Below are positions 1 to 9,558 of a stretch of DNA of 39,815 nt, piece after piece. The stretch lies in the NCBI GenBank assembly GCA_048622455.1, contig JBMCUO010000003.1, forward strand, positions 1 to 39,815. The letters are read 5' to 3'. The notes under the pieces were generated by a model that was not told the origin of the DNA, did no database searches, and worked only from the letters and a program-made list of their open reading frames with translations. The first letter of the stretch is position 1. Every line of letters starts with the position of its first letter. Origin of the DNA: Candidatus Saliniplasma sp. (GTDB lineage Archaea; Thermoplasmatota; Thermoplasmata; Halarchaeoplasmatales; Halarchaeoplasmataceae). The position numbers were made by a program, and so were the translations under genes.

Positions 1-221
1 GGAAACTCAAGTAAGGGTTTATATGTGGTTCACGAGTACTCGGATCCAGGAGTTACGATATAACTGTTGATGTATCTTTCGAAGATGGTCGGATGATCTC
101 TATCGAAGATGAATTAGTTATAGAGGATCATGAGATGACTGAGCATAAAAATAGAATCAATTTCAGAAAAGTATCTATGAGAAAAAATAGGTTCAGGTGC
201 CTACAACTTCGTCCTATATGA
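1..221 (+). pseudogene. 3' end of a PKD-domain gene interrupted by a 1-nt frameshift (5' part lies outside the window)
   Basis: Frame 1 reads GNSSKGLYVVHEYSDPG and stops at TAA 61-63. Frame 3 from nt 51 reads SYDITVDVSFEDGRMISIEDELVIE... to TGA 219-221. Joined, they give the PKD signature HxYxxPGxYxVTV. Frame 3 is closed upstream by TAA 12-14. Confidence 0.55.
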
Positions 222-312
222 TTGAAATATTTGTTTAATTTACAAAAGGATTAAGTATAATCTCCCTACAATTCTTGATGAACTTGTTAAATCCAAAAGT
301 AGAGGTTATAAA

Positions 313-3300
313 GTGCAAAGTCGTCACATAATCACGGTTTGTTTGATCTTCCTACTGCTGTTTTCCACTGTAGAGGCTGTAAATCTACATATGGATGATA
401 AGGTTGGGGAAGATACGGAAGGAGATACTTTGCACATATCAAATAACCATAGAATATATTCTGAGCCGGATACTCCAAGCGATCCTATACCTTTTGATGG
501 AGAAGTCGGTTTGAATGGGACTCCAATCCTGTCTGTAGTGGTAAATCATCCCGAGGGATTCGATATGGATGTTTCATTTTATAATAATGATAACGACTCG
601 ATCGTTGGGACCGTTGAAAACGTTTCCAGTGGTGAACGAGCGGAGATGACTTGGGAAAACCGAGATCCCGCAACCAATTATAGTTGGCATGTTATTGCAG
701 ATGACGGAGAAAATCAAACAGAAGGTGGACCTTGGAATTTCACAACAGCGGGAGTTGATTATATTGAAATTACTGATGAGATAAACGGTACAGCACTTGA
801 GAACCGGGATGTACCACCAAATTTTGAACAGTGGGGAAATCTTTCCACTTATAACAATACTTACGGTTTTTTTGATAATTCTGTTGGTGAATGGTCAGCC
901 AGCGGCGATGCGGGACTTTTGATTAGTGAAATGTCGGAATACAATGGAATAAACGTTGGAGAAACTGCTGGTTATGTATGGTTTAACGTTTCATCTGACC
1001 TCTACGGACTTCAAGATAGTGTTAGGTATAATGTTATCGCCGATGAGCCAGATTATATCGAGATCACGGATTCACCCGGGGGTGATCCGATACAGGATGA
1101 AACCGTTGATATAGGTTATCAAAAAAGAGGGTATTGTTCAGTATATAATGAATCGACTGGTTATCTCTATACTGTCGAAGGCAACTGGTCCGCAGAAGGA
1201 GGAAGTTCATACCTACTCGAAGATGGTACTAACGAGTCCAATGCTATAGATGTAGGTCATGAAGGAGGTACTATTTGGTTTAATCTCAGTTATGATGGAT
1301 TGACAGATAACGTGAGTTATGATGTACTCTCCCCAGAACCAGATGATATCGTTATAACTTACGACCCAGACGGAGACTCTATAATTGGTGGTGAAGTCCC
1401 GGTAGGTTTTAAAGTGTGGGGTAACGCGTCTGGTTATAATCAAACTTCAGGTTATATCGGAACGGTAGAAGTTGAGTGGAGTGTAGAACATAAAGAAGGT
1501 ATGTCCCCCTCTTTAGGTCCCTCTCCTTCAGATTCGAGCTGGATCGATGTCGGTAACTCGTCCGGAGAGATGACTTGGAAAGCAGCTTATCAAAGGGGGA
1601 ACAATTGGGTGAACGATACTGTAGAGTTCATTGTACAACCCCCAGAAATTGATTACATAGAAGTCACTAAAGAAGGTGATACATATCAAGGAGGTTCGGT
1701 ATCTGTAAATCATACTGTAGATCTTGAAATCTCATCGTATAATGAGACTTCTGGACACATAGGATTTATCCATGGAGAATGGGCTGTAGAGGGTGGTAAC
1801 GCGACGCTGCTTAATGGAACCACTGCAAGCGAAAATACAATTAACGTAGGAACGGTCCCTGGTGAAGTAATTCTTACTGTTCAGTATGAGGACTTTTCAG
1901 ACGAGGTCATGTTTGAAGTGAAAGATCCCCAGATAGATTACATAAAGATCATAGAAGACCCATATGACCCTGTGTCTATGTTAAACAGTTCAACAATTTA
2001 TGCTGGAGAAGAGTTGGTGGGTTATTCAGCAGGGTACAACGATACCGTTGGTTTCGTGGATTTAGTAGCTTCGAACTGGTACGTTGAAAACTATGAAGGT
2101 GCTCAAGCTGAGACATCTCCTAGTTCAGGTAATAGCAGTGTTTTTTATGCAGGTGATTCCGGCGGTGAAGCTAATTGGATAGCTGAATACACTCAATCTA
2201 TCAATTACACAGTTGAGGTAAATATTCGCCCTCCTACAATAGATGAGATACAGATCAGAGATGAACCGGGCGGAAATGGAGAAATCCTTAAAAATATAAC
2301 TTTGGGTAAAGATGAAAACCTTTCTTTATATTCATCGGGGTATAACGATACCTTTGGCTATCAGAGAGATGTGGAATGTGAGTGGTTTTCTAGCGATGAA
2401 GATGTAGGGTATTTAGATGAGTCTTATGGTGAGACCACTGAGTTCTTTTCGGTTTCAACTGGTGTAGTCACTATCAATGTCCTTTATGGTTCAATTCAAA
2501 AATCCACTACCATCGAGGTAGTTGATCACCGTACTCCGGAGATCGATGGAACGATACCCGATATAGAACTTGAGAAAGATTTTGGAATCCATGAGATCGA
2601 TTTATCCGACTATGCGAGTGATGAACAGGATTCTCTCTCTGAATTGGAATGGTACCTTACAGGATACAGCAGTACTGTGATATCTGTGTATGGTGAAAAC
2701 CAGACTGGAAATCACAACATCACTTTGTTATCAAAGGAGAACGCAGTAGGTTCCATGGAGGTCAGATATTGGCTTGTCAACAGCGCAGGCAACACAGTTT
2801 CACAGACCGCATGGATAAACGTAACCACTGCTTACCAGTCGCCCGAAATCAGGCGGTGTCCCGATCTTTACGTTCTTTATGACGAGCCTTATCAATTTGA
2901 TTATACTCCTTATATAATATACGATGAAGGTCGTTTCGATGAATTGGTTTTAGAAACGGATGATGAAGACCATACAACGGTAAATGGTTTGAAAGTTACT
3001 TATGAATACCCTCAAAGTATGCTCGGGGAAGAGGTCCTTGTAACTATAACAGTCTCGGATGGGGAAAACAGTGTTTCGACAGTGATCTCTGTCACTGTCA
3101 CATCAAACACTCCACCTGTTGGGGTCGAGAACCTACCGGACTTAACTATAAATCAGGGTGAAACCTTAGAGAATGTTTTCAACTTGGATGATTATTTTGA
3201 AGATCCAGAAGGCGATCCTCTTTACATGAGTTATGGATATACCTATTTGACTATCACGATCCACGACGATCACACGGTGGATGTAAGAGCGGATGGTAAC

Positions 3301-4749
3301 TGGCATGGAGTTGAAAAAGTAACTTTTAGGGCCAAAGACCCTGTTGGTGGTATAGTTGAACAAACGATTAACGTTACAGTATTACCTGTTAATTACCCTC
3401 CAGAGATAAAGGAATTACCACCTCTTGTTGTTAGATATAACGAGCCATATGAATTCGACTTAGAATATTATATAAACGACCCGGATAACGAGACTCAAGA
3501 ACTCACCATAACTACAGATAGTCCAGAGTATGTCACCGTGATCGGAACTAAATTGATAATGAATTATCCTAGGGAACTAAATGGCTTGGAGGTCAATTAT
3601 ACGGTACCTTTACAAGTCTACATATCAGACGGTATAGATAATGAATCAGAAGTTACAACAGTTAAAGTAGGTACGTATTATCCTCCAGAACTCGTTATTC
3701 CACTTCATGATATCACATTTAAAGAAAATGAAAGGATGGTTAATGCTTTCAATCTCGATAACCATTTCATAGACCAACAGAACGATACAATGTATTACTC
3801 TTCAGGTAATGAAAATATAAAAGTGGATATCCATGAAAATAGTAGTGTAGATTTCTATGCACCTGAAAATTGGAATGGTCAGGAATTGATAACTATCAGA
3901 GCCACTAACAGTGCTGGAGCCTTGATGGAAGATTCTTTGATCGTGACTGTAATACCTGTAAATAATCCTCCGACCATATCTGATCTACCCATGCAGGAAG
4001 GTGAAGTGGGCCAAAGTTGGATATTTGATATGGGCGATTATATTTCAGATGTGGATAATGAAACACATGAACTAGAAATTATAGTGGAAGATCCCAATGT
4101 AGATGTTTTTGGCCATAAAATTTTATTTGATTATAATGAAACTGGGGATCATAATGTAACTATAAGGGTGAGTGACGGCTTAGATACTACAGAAAATCAC
4201 GTGGAGGTCATCGTTAGAGAGTCTGAAGACGATAGCTCTGAGATCAATAGTCTATTTTTATTACTAGGCCTGATACCACTTGGTCTTATAGGCGTTGTCC
4301 TTTATATTAAGAAAAGGAACTACACGATCGAAGATGTCTTTTTGATCCACGATTCAGGGGTCTTGATCAAGCATATCACCCGTACCTTAAAAGCGGAAAG
4401 AGACGAAGATATACTTGCTGGTATGTTCACGGCGGTGCAAAATTTTGTAGATGATGCATTCGCCGATGATGATAGTGAGAGTTTAAAAAAGATGGAATAT
4501 GGTAATAAGAAAGTATTAGTGCACAAAGGTGAAAAAATCATATTGGCGGTTTTCATTTCCGGCGAAGAGCCAAAACGGACTTTGGAAGGTATGAAGAACC
4601 TAGTATCTGATATAGAAGAAAGATACGGAGTATCTATCGAAAAATACTCGGGTGATTTGAGTGAACTTGAAGGTATAGAAGACATGCTTACCGCACTCCA
4701 CAAAGGTAGGGGTAAGTACAGGGAAGGAGATTGGAAAAAATATGATTGA
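313..4749 (+). CDS. Large single-pass cell-surface glycoprotein: signal peptide, Ig/FN3-like domain, six Ig-like repeats, six cadherin-like repeats, TM helix, cytoplasmic longin/roadblock-like domain
   Basis: 1478-aa ORF with GAGGT before the GTG start. Hydrophobic N-terminus ends VEA. It has repeated DYIEI...YNxTxG[YF]...W units, repeated PP...[FL]DLxDYxxDxD units and many NxS/T sequons. TM INSLFLLLGLIPLGLIGVVLYI is followed by KKR and a ~140-aa tail. Confidence 0.85.
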   Translation: MQSRHIITVCLIFLLLFSTVEAVNLHMDDKVGEDTEGDTLHISNNHRIYSEPDTPSDPIPFDGEVGLNGTPILSVVVNHPEGFDMDVSFYNNDNDSIVGTVENVSSGERAEMTWENRDPATNYSWHVIADDGENQTEGGPWNFTTAGVDYIEITDEINGTALENRDVPPNFEQWGNLSTYNNTYGFFDNSVGEWSASGDAGLLISEMSEYNGINVGETAGYVWFNVSSDLYGLQDSVRYNVIADEPDYIEITDSPGGDPIQDETVDIGYQKRGYCSVYNESTGYLYTVEGNWSAEGGSSYLLEDGTNESNAIDVGHEGGTIWFNLSYDGLTDNVSYDVLSPEPDDIVITYDPDGDSIIGGEVPVGFKVWGNASGYNQTSGYIGTVEVEWSVEHKEGMSPSLGPSPSDSSWIDVGNSSGEMTWKAAYQRGNNWVNDTVEFIVQPPEIDYIEVTKEGDTYQGGSVSVNHTVDLEISSYNETSGHIGFIHGEWAVEGGNATLLNGTTASENTINVGTVPGEVILTVQYEDFSDEVMFEVKDPQIDYIKIIEDPYDPVSMLNSSTIYAGEELVGYSAGYNDTVGFVDLVASNWYVENYEGAQAETSPSSGNSSVFYAGDSGGEANWIAEYTQSINYTVEVNIRPPTIDEIQIRDEPGGNGEILKNITLGKDENLSLYSSGYNDTFGYQRDVECEWFSSDEDVGYLDESYGETTEFFSVSTGVVTINVLYGSIQKSTTIEVVDHRTPEIDGTIPDIELEKDFGIHEIDLSDYASDEQDSLSELEWYLTGYSSTVISVYGENQTGNHNITLLSKENAVGSMEVRYWLVNSAGNTVSQTAWINVTTAYQSPEIRRCPDLYVLYDEPYQFDYTPYIIYDEGRFDELVLETDDEDHTTVNGLKVTYEYPQSMLGEEVLVTITVSDGENSVSTVISVTVTSNTPPVGVENLPDLTINQGETLENVFNLDDYFEDPEGDPLYMSYGYTYLTITIHDDHTVDVRADGNWHGVEKVTFRAKDPVGGIVEQTINVTVLPVNYPPEIKELPPLVVRYNEPYEFDLEYYINDPDNETQELTITTDSPEYVTVIGTKLIMNYPRELNGLEVNYTVPLQVYISDGIDNESEVTTVKVGTYYPPELVIPLHDITFKENERMVNAFNLDNHFIDQQNDTMYYSSGNENIKVDIHENSSVDFYAPENWNGQELITIRATNSAGALMEDSLIVTVIPVNNPPTISDLPMQEGEVGQSWIFDMGDYISDVDNETHELEIIVEDPNVDVFGHKILFDYNETGDHNVTIRVSDGLDTTENHVEVIVRESEDDSSEINSLFLLLGLIPLGLIGVVLYIKKRNYTIEDVFLIHDSGVLIKHITRTLKAERDEDILAGMFTAVQNFVDDAFADDDSESLKKMEYGNKKVLVHKGEKIILAVFISGEEPKRTLEGMKNLVSDIEERYGVSIEKYSGDLSELEGIEDMLTALHKGRGKYREGDWKKYD

Positions 4750-4794
4750 CCTTCCATGTCCTTTATATATCTCTTCTATCTCATGTAGATGTAA

Positions 4795-5097
4795 GTGAAG
4801 AATATGCCTACAGAAGAGGAAATAATCGATATGTTGAAGAACGTTATAGACCCACATACTGGAACTGATGTCTATTCTATGGGATTGATCTCTGATCTTA
4901 AAGTGGAAGATGATTCTGTCAGTTTAACATTTACACCGACTACACCATTTTGTCCTATGGGTGTACAATTGGCAGTAAAAATTAAGGAGAATCTTTCTTC
5001 TATGGATGACCTTTCTGAAGACGATGTTTATGTTACAATTGAAGGACATATAAACCAGGATGCGATAAATAAGAAATTATCACCTGAAGGTGAATAG
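4795..5097 (+). CDS. DUF59 / MIP18-SufT-like Fe-S cluster assembly protein
   Basis: LKNVIDPHTGTDVYSMGLI and TPTTPFCP motifs. TATA-like TTTATATA at 4762-4769. Alternative ATG start at 4804. Confidence 0.85.
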   Translation: MKNMPTEEEIIDMLKNVIDPHTGTDVYSMGLISDLKVEDDSVSLTFTPTTPFCPMGVQLAVKIKENLSSMDDLSEDDVYVTIEGHINQDAINKKLSPEGE

Positions 5098-5959
5098 GTT
5101 GGAGATACATCCAGATTGTGTCCCATGCGTATTAAAGAGGGTACTATTCGAGGCACGCATGGTCGATTCTTCGAAAGAGAGGGAAGTCTTAGAAAATGTT
5201 TTAAAGATACTTTCTAAAGATTTTCAAAAGGGTGCGGTATCCGCTGAAGTCGCAACCAAGATACATGGGAAAGTTTACGAAATATTGGGTACAGATGATC
5301 CCTATCGTGAACTCAAAGAGAGGAGCAATAAAGTCGCGGAAAAACTTTTACCAAAGGCCAAAAAGTTGGTAGAAAAAGAGGGGTTTCGAGGAGCAGTGTT
5401 GGCGTCTATAGCCGGTAACGTTTTAGATTTTGGTTACAGGGATGACATGAACTCACCAGAATGTTTAGAAAGTGAATTCGATGATATAATCGCGGAGGGG
5501 TTAGGCTGGGACGATATCGACGAAATAGAGAACTTAGTGAAAGAGGGAGAAAATATAATTTTTTTTACAGACAATACTGGTGAAGTAGTCTTCGATACTC
5601 TATTGATGAAGAAGATAAAAGAATACGGTATTGATCTCACTGTAGTCGTAAAAGGAGAACCGATATTGACAGATGCTACCATGGAGGACGCAGTTAGATA
5701 CAATATAGATGAGATCGTCGATCAACTAGAGACTACCGGTGGATACGCTGTCGGAGTCGACTTTTCGAAATTAGATCCTGAGTTATTAAGAAAGTTAGAT
5801 GATGCTGACCTAATAATAGCTAAAGGTATGGCCAACTGGGAATCTTTTTCCGAAAAAGATTACAGACCTATAGCTTTCCTAACACGCAGCAAGTGTGAAC
5901 CTGTTTCTAAGACCATGGGAGTGCCTTACGACGTAAACGTCGCTAAATTATTTCAATGA
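5090..5959 (+). CDS. DUF89 / ARMT1-like damage-control phosphatase
   Basis: CVPC N-terminal motif, DPYRELK, AGNVLDFG, TDNTGE, ILTDAT, IAKGMANWE and KC motifs. Confidence 0.9.
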   Translation: MNRLEIHPDCVPCVLKRVLFEARMVDSSKEREVLENVLKILSKDFQKGAVSAEVATKIHGKVYEILGTDDPYRELKERSNKVAEKLLPKAKKLVEKEGFRGAVLASIAGNVLDFGYRDDMNSPECLESEFDDIIAEGLGWDDIDEIENLVKEGENIIFFTDNTGEVVFDTLLMKKIKEYGIDLTVVVKGEPILTDATMEDAVRYNIDEIVDQLETTGGYAVGVDFSKLDPELLRKLDDADLIIAKGMANWESFSEKDYRPIAFLTRSKCEPVSKTMGVPYDVNVAKLFQ

Positions 5960-6487
5960 CGAATAACGGTATCCTGATAACGTTTCGGACACGACTGTCC
6001 ATGGTTTCATCATTCTATCAGATACAGATATCACTTCATCCGCCCACTCGTAAACTGGACTAACAAAATCACCTGAAGGAAATCCGCCTATAACTACAAT
6101 ATAATCTTTTGTTCTTGAGAATACTTTAGAAGGATCTTTTTTAGTACCTTCTGGCGACATAACTACTTTTTTACCCACCTCATCTCTCAATGTTTCCATC
6201 AAGGTTTGTTCTGTAAATGAAACCCCTTTGATTTTATGACCCTGTACTATTCTAACGATCAATTTTTCAAAGTCATTTAATCTATCTGGAACTTTCGCAT
6301 CGGCTTCGAATCGGAATACTTTATTCTCACGAGTATGAATGATGGTTCGTATTTCACGTTCATCTGCCAATCTACAGTTTTGGGCCAATAATATAGAGAA
6401 GTGTACTAAGTCAGGTCGTGAGTTATCCAATTCGATATCTTGTGGGCCGGTTTTCATCACACAGTCTGCTAATACTAACGTCAACAT
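5948..6487 (-). CDS. nep1: Nep1/Emg1-family SPOUT methyltransferase (short variant)
   Basis: RPDLVH, IIHTRENKV and SAM-knot VVIGGFPSGDF motifs. At 179 aa it is shorter than typical archaeal Nep1. Confidence 0.7.
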   Translation of the reverse strand: MLTLVLADCVMKTGPQDIELDNSRPDLVHFSILLAQNCRLADEREIRTIIHTRENKVFRFEADAKVPDRLNDFEKLIVRIVQGHKIKGVSFTEQTLMETLRDEVGKKVVMSPEGTKKDPSKVFSRTKDYIVVIGGFPSGDFVSPVYEWADEVISVSDRMMKPWTVVSETLSGYRYSSLK

Positions 6488-6491
6488 TTTA

Positions 6492-7562
6492 TCACGTCAA
6501 AATTTTGTACAATTCTTCTTTTTCGACACCTAATTTTATCTCTTGAGCTATTCGCCTACCCGTAGAAAGATTATCTTCTACTAAGTCTGAATATGGAGAT
6601 CCTGAAATGAATGGGTTAGTTCCAGCTACTATCCGAGAAGAGATTTCAAAAACTTTAAAATCGAGGTCTTCAGTTACAATAGTTTCTAGGCAAAATGAGC
6701 CGTAGAGCCCTCCGAATAATTCATAAGCTCTATCGATAACCTTCTCGCCCATATCGAAAACTTTTGGTAGTAAGCTTTCACGTATGACTAGAGGTATGTT
6801 ACCAGTTACTACAAATGATGGGAATATACGTTTTTTACGAAGTTCTTCCTGCGAACCCAATTTGTACATCTCATCGATGTTACTCTCATCTCTTCTGTCT
6901 ATGGAAAGCATCTCGAGGATACCTCGGTCTATCTTATACCCCTTCTCCTTGAGTGGCGAAAAGAAGTAATGTAGGTAATATCGGGTCCCCATTATGTACT
7001 CCTGAATATGATATTCTAGATCGTGGTCGATCCCCAACTTGAAATCGTTATAATCTTTTGCTATGAAAAAACCTCGACCTCCTTTAGCACCATGATACTT
7101 GACTAGAACGGGCTCATTTATCTGTTCTGGATCGCTAATAAGTCTAGGCATGGATAATCCAGCGCTGGTTAACCATTCCCGTTCCTTGTTTCTATCAGAT
7201 TCCCAGTTTAGAACATCTCTGTTACCAAAAGTCGGTGCTTCTAATTCTCTAAATTTTTCTCCACCTAGATATTCTACGAAAGAACCATGTGGAATGATAA
7301 TAGAATTCTTGTCAAGCAGTTCATCTGTCCTTTCCATGATCTCAGAGTATTCATCTACAACCATGAAATCGTCAGGTTTAGCTCTTGGAAATGCGTCGTA
7401 GAATTTTGGCTGCTTACCAACTGCAATACCAAGAGTTTTAAAACCTTCTTTTTTAGCACCATCGAAAATCTGCATACTAGAATGAGAACAGACGGTCGTT
7501 ATGGTAATATCGTTTTTATCATAATCTTCCAATATTTGGAAGATCTGGTTCTTATCGACCAT
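6492..7562 (-). CDS. purP: Formate--phosphoribosylaminoimidazolecarboxamide ligase (FAICAR synthetase, ATP-grasp)
   Basis: CSHSSMQIFDGAKKEGF, PHGSFVEY, GAKGGRGFF, VVTGNIPLVIRESLL, FEISSRIVAGTN and STGRRIA motifs. Confidence 0.92.
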   Translation of the reverse strand: MVDKNQIFQILEDYDKNDITITTVCSHSSMQIFDGAKKEGFKTLGIAVGKQPKFYDAFPRAKPDDFMVVDEYSEIMERTDELLDKNSIIIPHGSFVEYLGGEKFRELEAPTFGNRDVLNWESDRNKEREWLTSAGLSMPRLISDPEQINEPVLVKYHGAKGGRGFFIAKDYNDFKLGIDHDLEYHIQEYIMGTRYYLHYFFSPLKEKGYKIDRGILEMLSIDRRDESNIDEMYKLGSQEELRKKRIFPSFVVTGNIPLVIRESLLPKVFDMGEKVIDRAYELFGGLYGSFCLETIVTEDLDFKVFEISSRIVAGTNPFISGSPYSDLVEDNLSTGRRIAQEIKLGVEKEELYKILT

Positions 7563-7583
7563 ATAGAGAATAAAGAAAAGGGG

Positions 7584-7598
7584 TTTTTATGTTTTTCC
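7584..7598 (-). promoter_or_regulatory. Putative BRE/TATA promoter of purP (probably leaderless mRNA)
   Basis: Minus strand reads GGAAAAACATAAAAA about 22-36 nt upstream of the ATG at 7562. No SD motif. Confidence 0.4.
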
Positions 7599-7616
7599 AT
7601 AAAATGATTATTGACC

Positions 7617-8801
7617 TCAGGATCGTGAATAGTTCTGTATAGAATCTACTGTTTTCATTACATCTATAGTCTCTGAAACGTCATGTACCCGTATAATCCT
7701 TACCTTTTTTTCCACTGCTAATGAGGCAACAGCTAGTGAACCAAATAGTCTTTCTTCAGAAGGTTTGTTCAGAATGTCACCTAAGAAACTTTTGCGTGAA
7801 GCTCCTAGCAGTATGGGGAACCCAAGGGAATTGAATTCTTCCAGCCTATTCAATATCTCTAGATTATGCTGCAGCTTTTTCCCGAACCCTATACCCGGGT
7901 CTAAAATTATTTTACTTGGATAGATACCAGCTTTTTCTGCGACCTCCACTCTTTCTAAGAAAAAGGATGAGATATCCGTGATGACATTTTCATAACTCGG
8001 ATTTTTTTGCATGGTTCTAGGCTTTCCCTGCATATGCATTATGATTACCGGAACGTCTAGCTCTGCTACCTTTTCGGGCATACCATCAGTTCTCAATCCA
8101 AATACATCGTTAACGATATCAGCACCGGCATCAACAGCTTTATCGGCGATTTCTGGTTTATACGTATCCACGCTGATAGGAACGTCAGTAATATCTGAGA
8201 TCTCTCTTATAACCGGAAGGATCCTTTCTTTTTCCTCCTTTAATGAAATTCTTTCACTCCCGGGTCTTGTACTTTCCCCGCCTACATCGATGATATCTGC
8301 ACCTTCATCTACCATGGCAATAGCTCTTTCCACAGCCTTTTCTTTTGCATCGAATTTCCCTCCATCATGAAAACTGTCTGGAGTAACGTTTAATATCCCC
8401 ATCACCTCAGTGTTTTTTGAACTCCATGGTGAGTAAGGTGGTTCGTCAAAATTCTTGATAGCAGTTTTCACTTCATTTGCCAGTCTATCCAAATCGAAAG
8501 GTTGCTCTTTCAATTTTTTAAGCACCCGTCTATACTGGCTGTGGGTCCCCATCATCACTATCTCACTTAGATTCTCTGAAATGTTCAACGCTTCCCACGA
8601 AACTGCAACTTCTCCTCCAGCGGCTAAGAATTCTTGCTTTACTATATTAGCTGCTCTAGGGTCTAATCCTTTAGCATAAACCAACTTATGTTCAGCTTTA
8701 GGTGCCATGATCTGGACACCCCTTTTTTCACAACCAAGTTTTTCAAGTAATGCGAGTCTTTTTTCTTCGTCTAAACTTGATAATACCCTGGTTTGGAACA
8801 T
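7617..8801 (-). CDS. folP: Dihydropteroate synthase with N-terminal extension resembling the Prd (dihydropteroate reductase) domain
   Basis: VMGILNVTPDSFHDGG, DVGGESTRPG, ILDPGIGFGK, GASRKSF and IRVHDV motifs. The ~125-aa N-terminal extension contains ANIVKQEFLAAGGE and KEQPFDL. Confidence 0.92.
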   Translation of the reverse strand: MFQTRVLSSLDEEKRLALLEKLGCEKRGVQIMAPKAEHKLVYAKGLDPRAANIVKQEFLAAGGEVAVSWEALNISENLSEIVMMGTHSQYRRVLKKLKEQPFDLDRLANEVKTAIKNFDEPPYSPWSSKNTEVMGILNVTPDSFHDGGKFDAKEKAVERAIAMVDEGADIIDVGGESTRPGSERISLKEEKERILPVIREISDITDVPISVDTYKPEIADKAVDAGADIVNDVFGLRTDGMPEKVAELDVPVIIMHMQGKPRTMQKNPSYENVITDISSFFLERVEVAEKAGIYPSKIILDPGIGFGKKLQHNLEILNRLEEFNSLGFPILLGASRKSFLGDILNKPSEERLFGSLAVASLAVEKKVRIIRVHDVSETIDVMKTVDSIQNYSRS

Positions 8802-8821
8802 ATATCATGTATATTGTTTCA

Positions 8822-9535
8822 TCATAAAAAACGTTGTCGATAAGATAAAGCAATCTTTGGTCTATCTGTGATTATGCCGTCTACGCCTTTTTTTAATAAC
8901 TTCCTCATAAGCCTCTCTTCGTTAACCGTCCATACATATATCTCAAATCCATTTTTTTTCATCCTTTTTACAAATAATAGATGGAGTAAGTTAAAGTGGG
9001 GGGAAACAAAGTCTGCATGACAACTATCTAGACGTTTGACAGGGAATAGTTCAGAGAACCTAGTAGTAATCCTATTTTCAGGGGTATTAGTACCTAAAAG
9101 CAGTCCTGCTTTAATAGTGGGATCTAACTCCTTTAAGCGTTTAACAGATTTGTCCCGGAAAGATTTAATCATGAACTCATCGTTTTCTAAGTATTTTTTA
9201 ACAGATTCTAAAACCATATCTTCATAACCCGGTTCTTTCAGTTCTATATCTAGACCGATCTTACCTTTGGTTAATTCTAAAATCTCCTGGAACTTAGGGA
9301 TATCCTTTTTGCCAGACAACTCACTCAACTCGCGGTAAGATAGAGAAGAAACCTCATGTCCATTTAATTTTCTATCGTGATAAGCTATCAAAAAGTCGTC
9401 ATCGGTTTTTCTAATATCAAACTCAATCATATCGGCACCGATTTCGATAGCCCTTTCAAAAGCTCGAATAGTATTCTCGAGCTCTCCTATCCCGTAACCC
9501 CCTCTGTGAGCTATTATTTTTGTCTTTCTAGACAT
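8822..9535 (-). CDS. Glycerophosphodiester phosphodiesterase
   Basis: IIAHRG, ENTIRAF, IEFDIRKTDD, DIELK, YVWTVN and GVDGIITDRP motifs. ATG 9535 (MSRKTK) preferred over the 9562 ORF-track start. Confidence 0.9.
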   Translation of the reverse strand: MSRKTKIIAHRGGYGIGELENTIRAFERAIEIGADMIEFDIRKTDDDFLIAYHDRKLNGHEVSSLSYRELSELSGKKDIPKFQEILELTKGKIGLDIELKEPGYEDMVLESVKKYLENDEFMIKSFRDKSVKRLKELDPTIKAGLLLGTNTPENRITTRFSELFPVKRLDSCHADFVSPHFNLLHLLFVKRMKKNGFEIYVWTVNEERLMRKLLKKGVDGIITDRPKIALSYRQRFL

Positions 9536-9558
9536 ATATAACCCTGATATTAGTAAAA

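Noticed and set aside
485-4857. Short minus-strand ORFs inside the 1478-aa gene (e.g. 4320-4757, 4600-4857)
   Set aside because: Antisense shadows of a well-supported gene; Ser/Phe/Ile-rich with no motifs. The same applies to the other short antisense and alternate-frame ORFs in the track.
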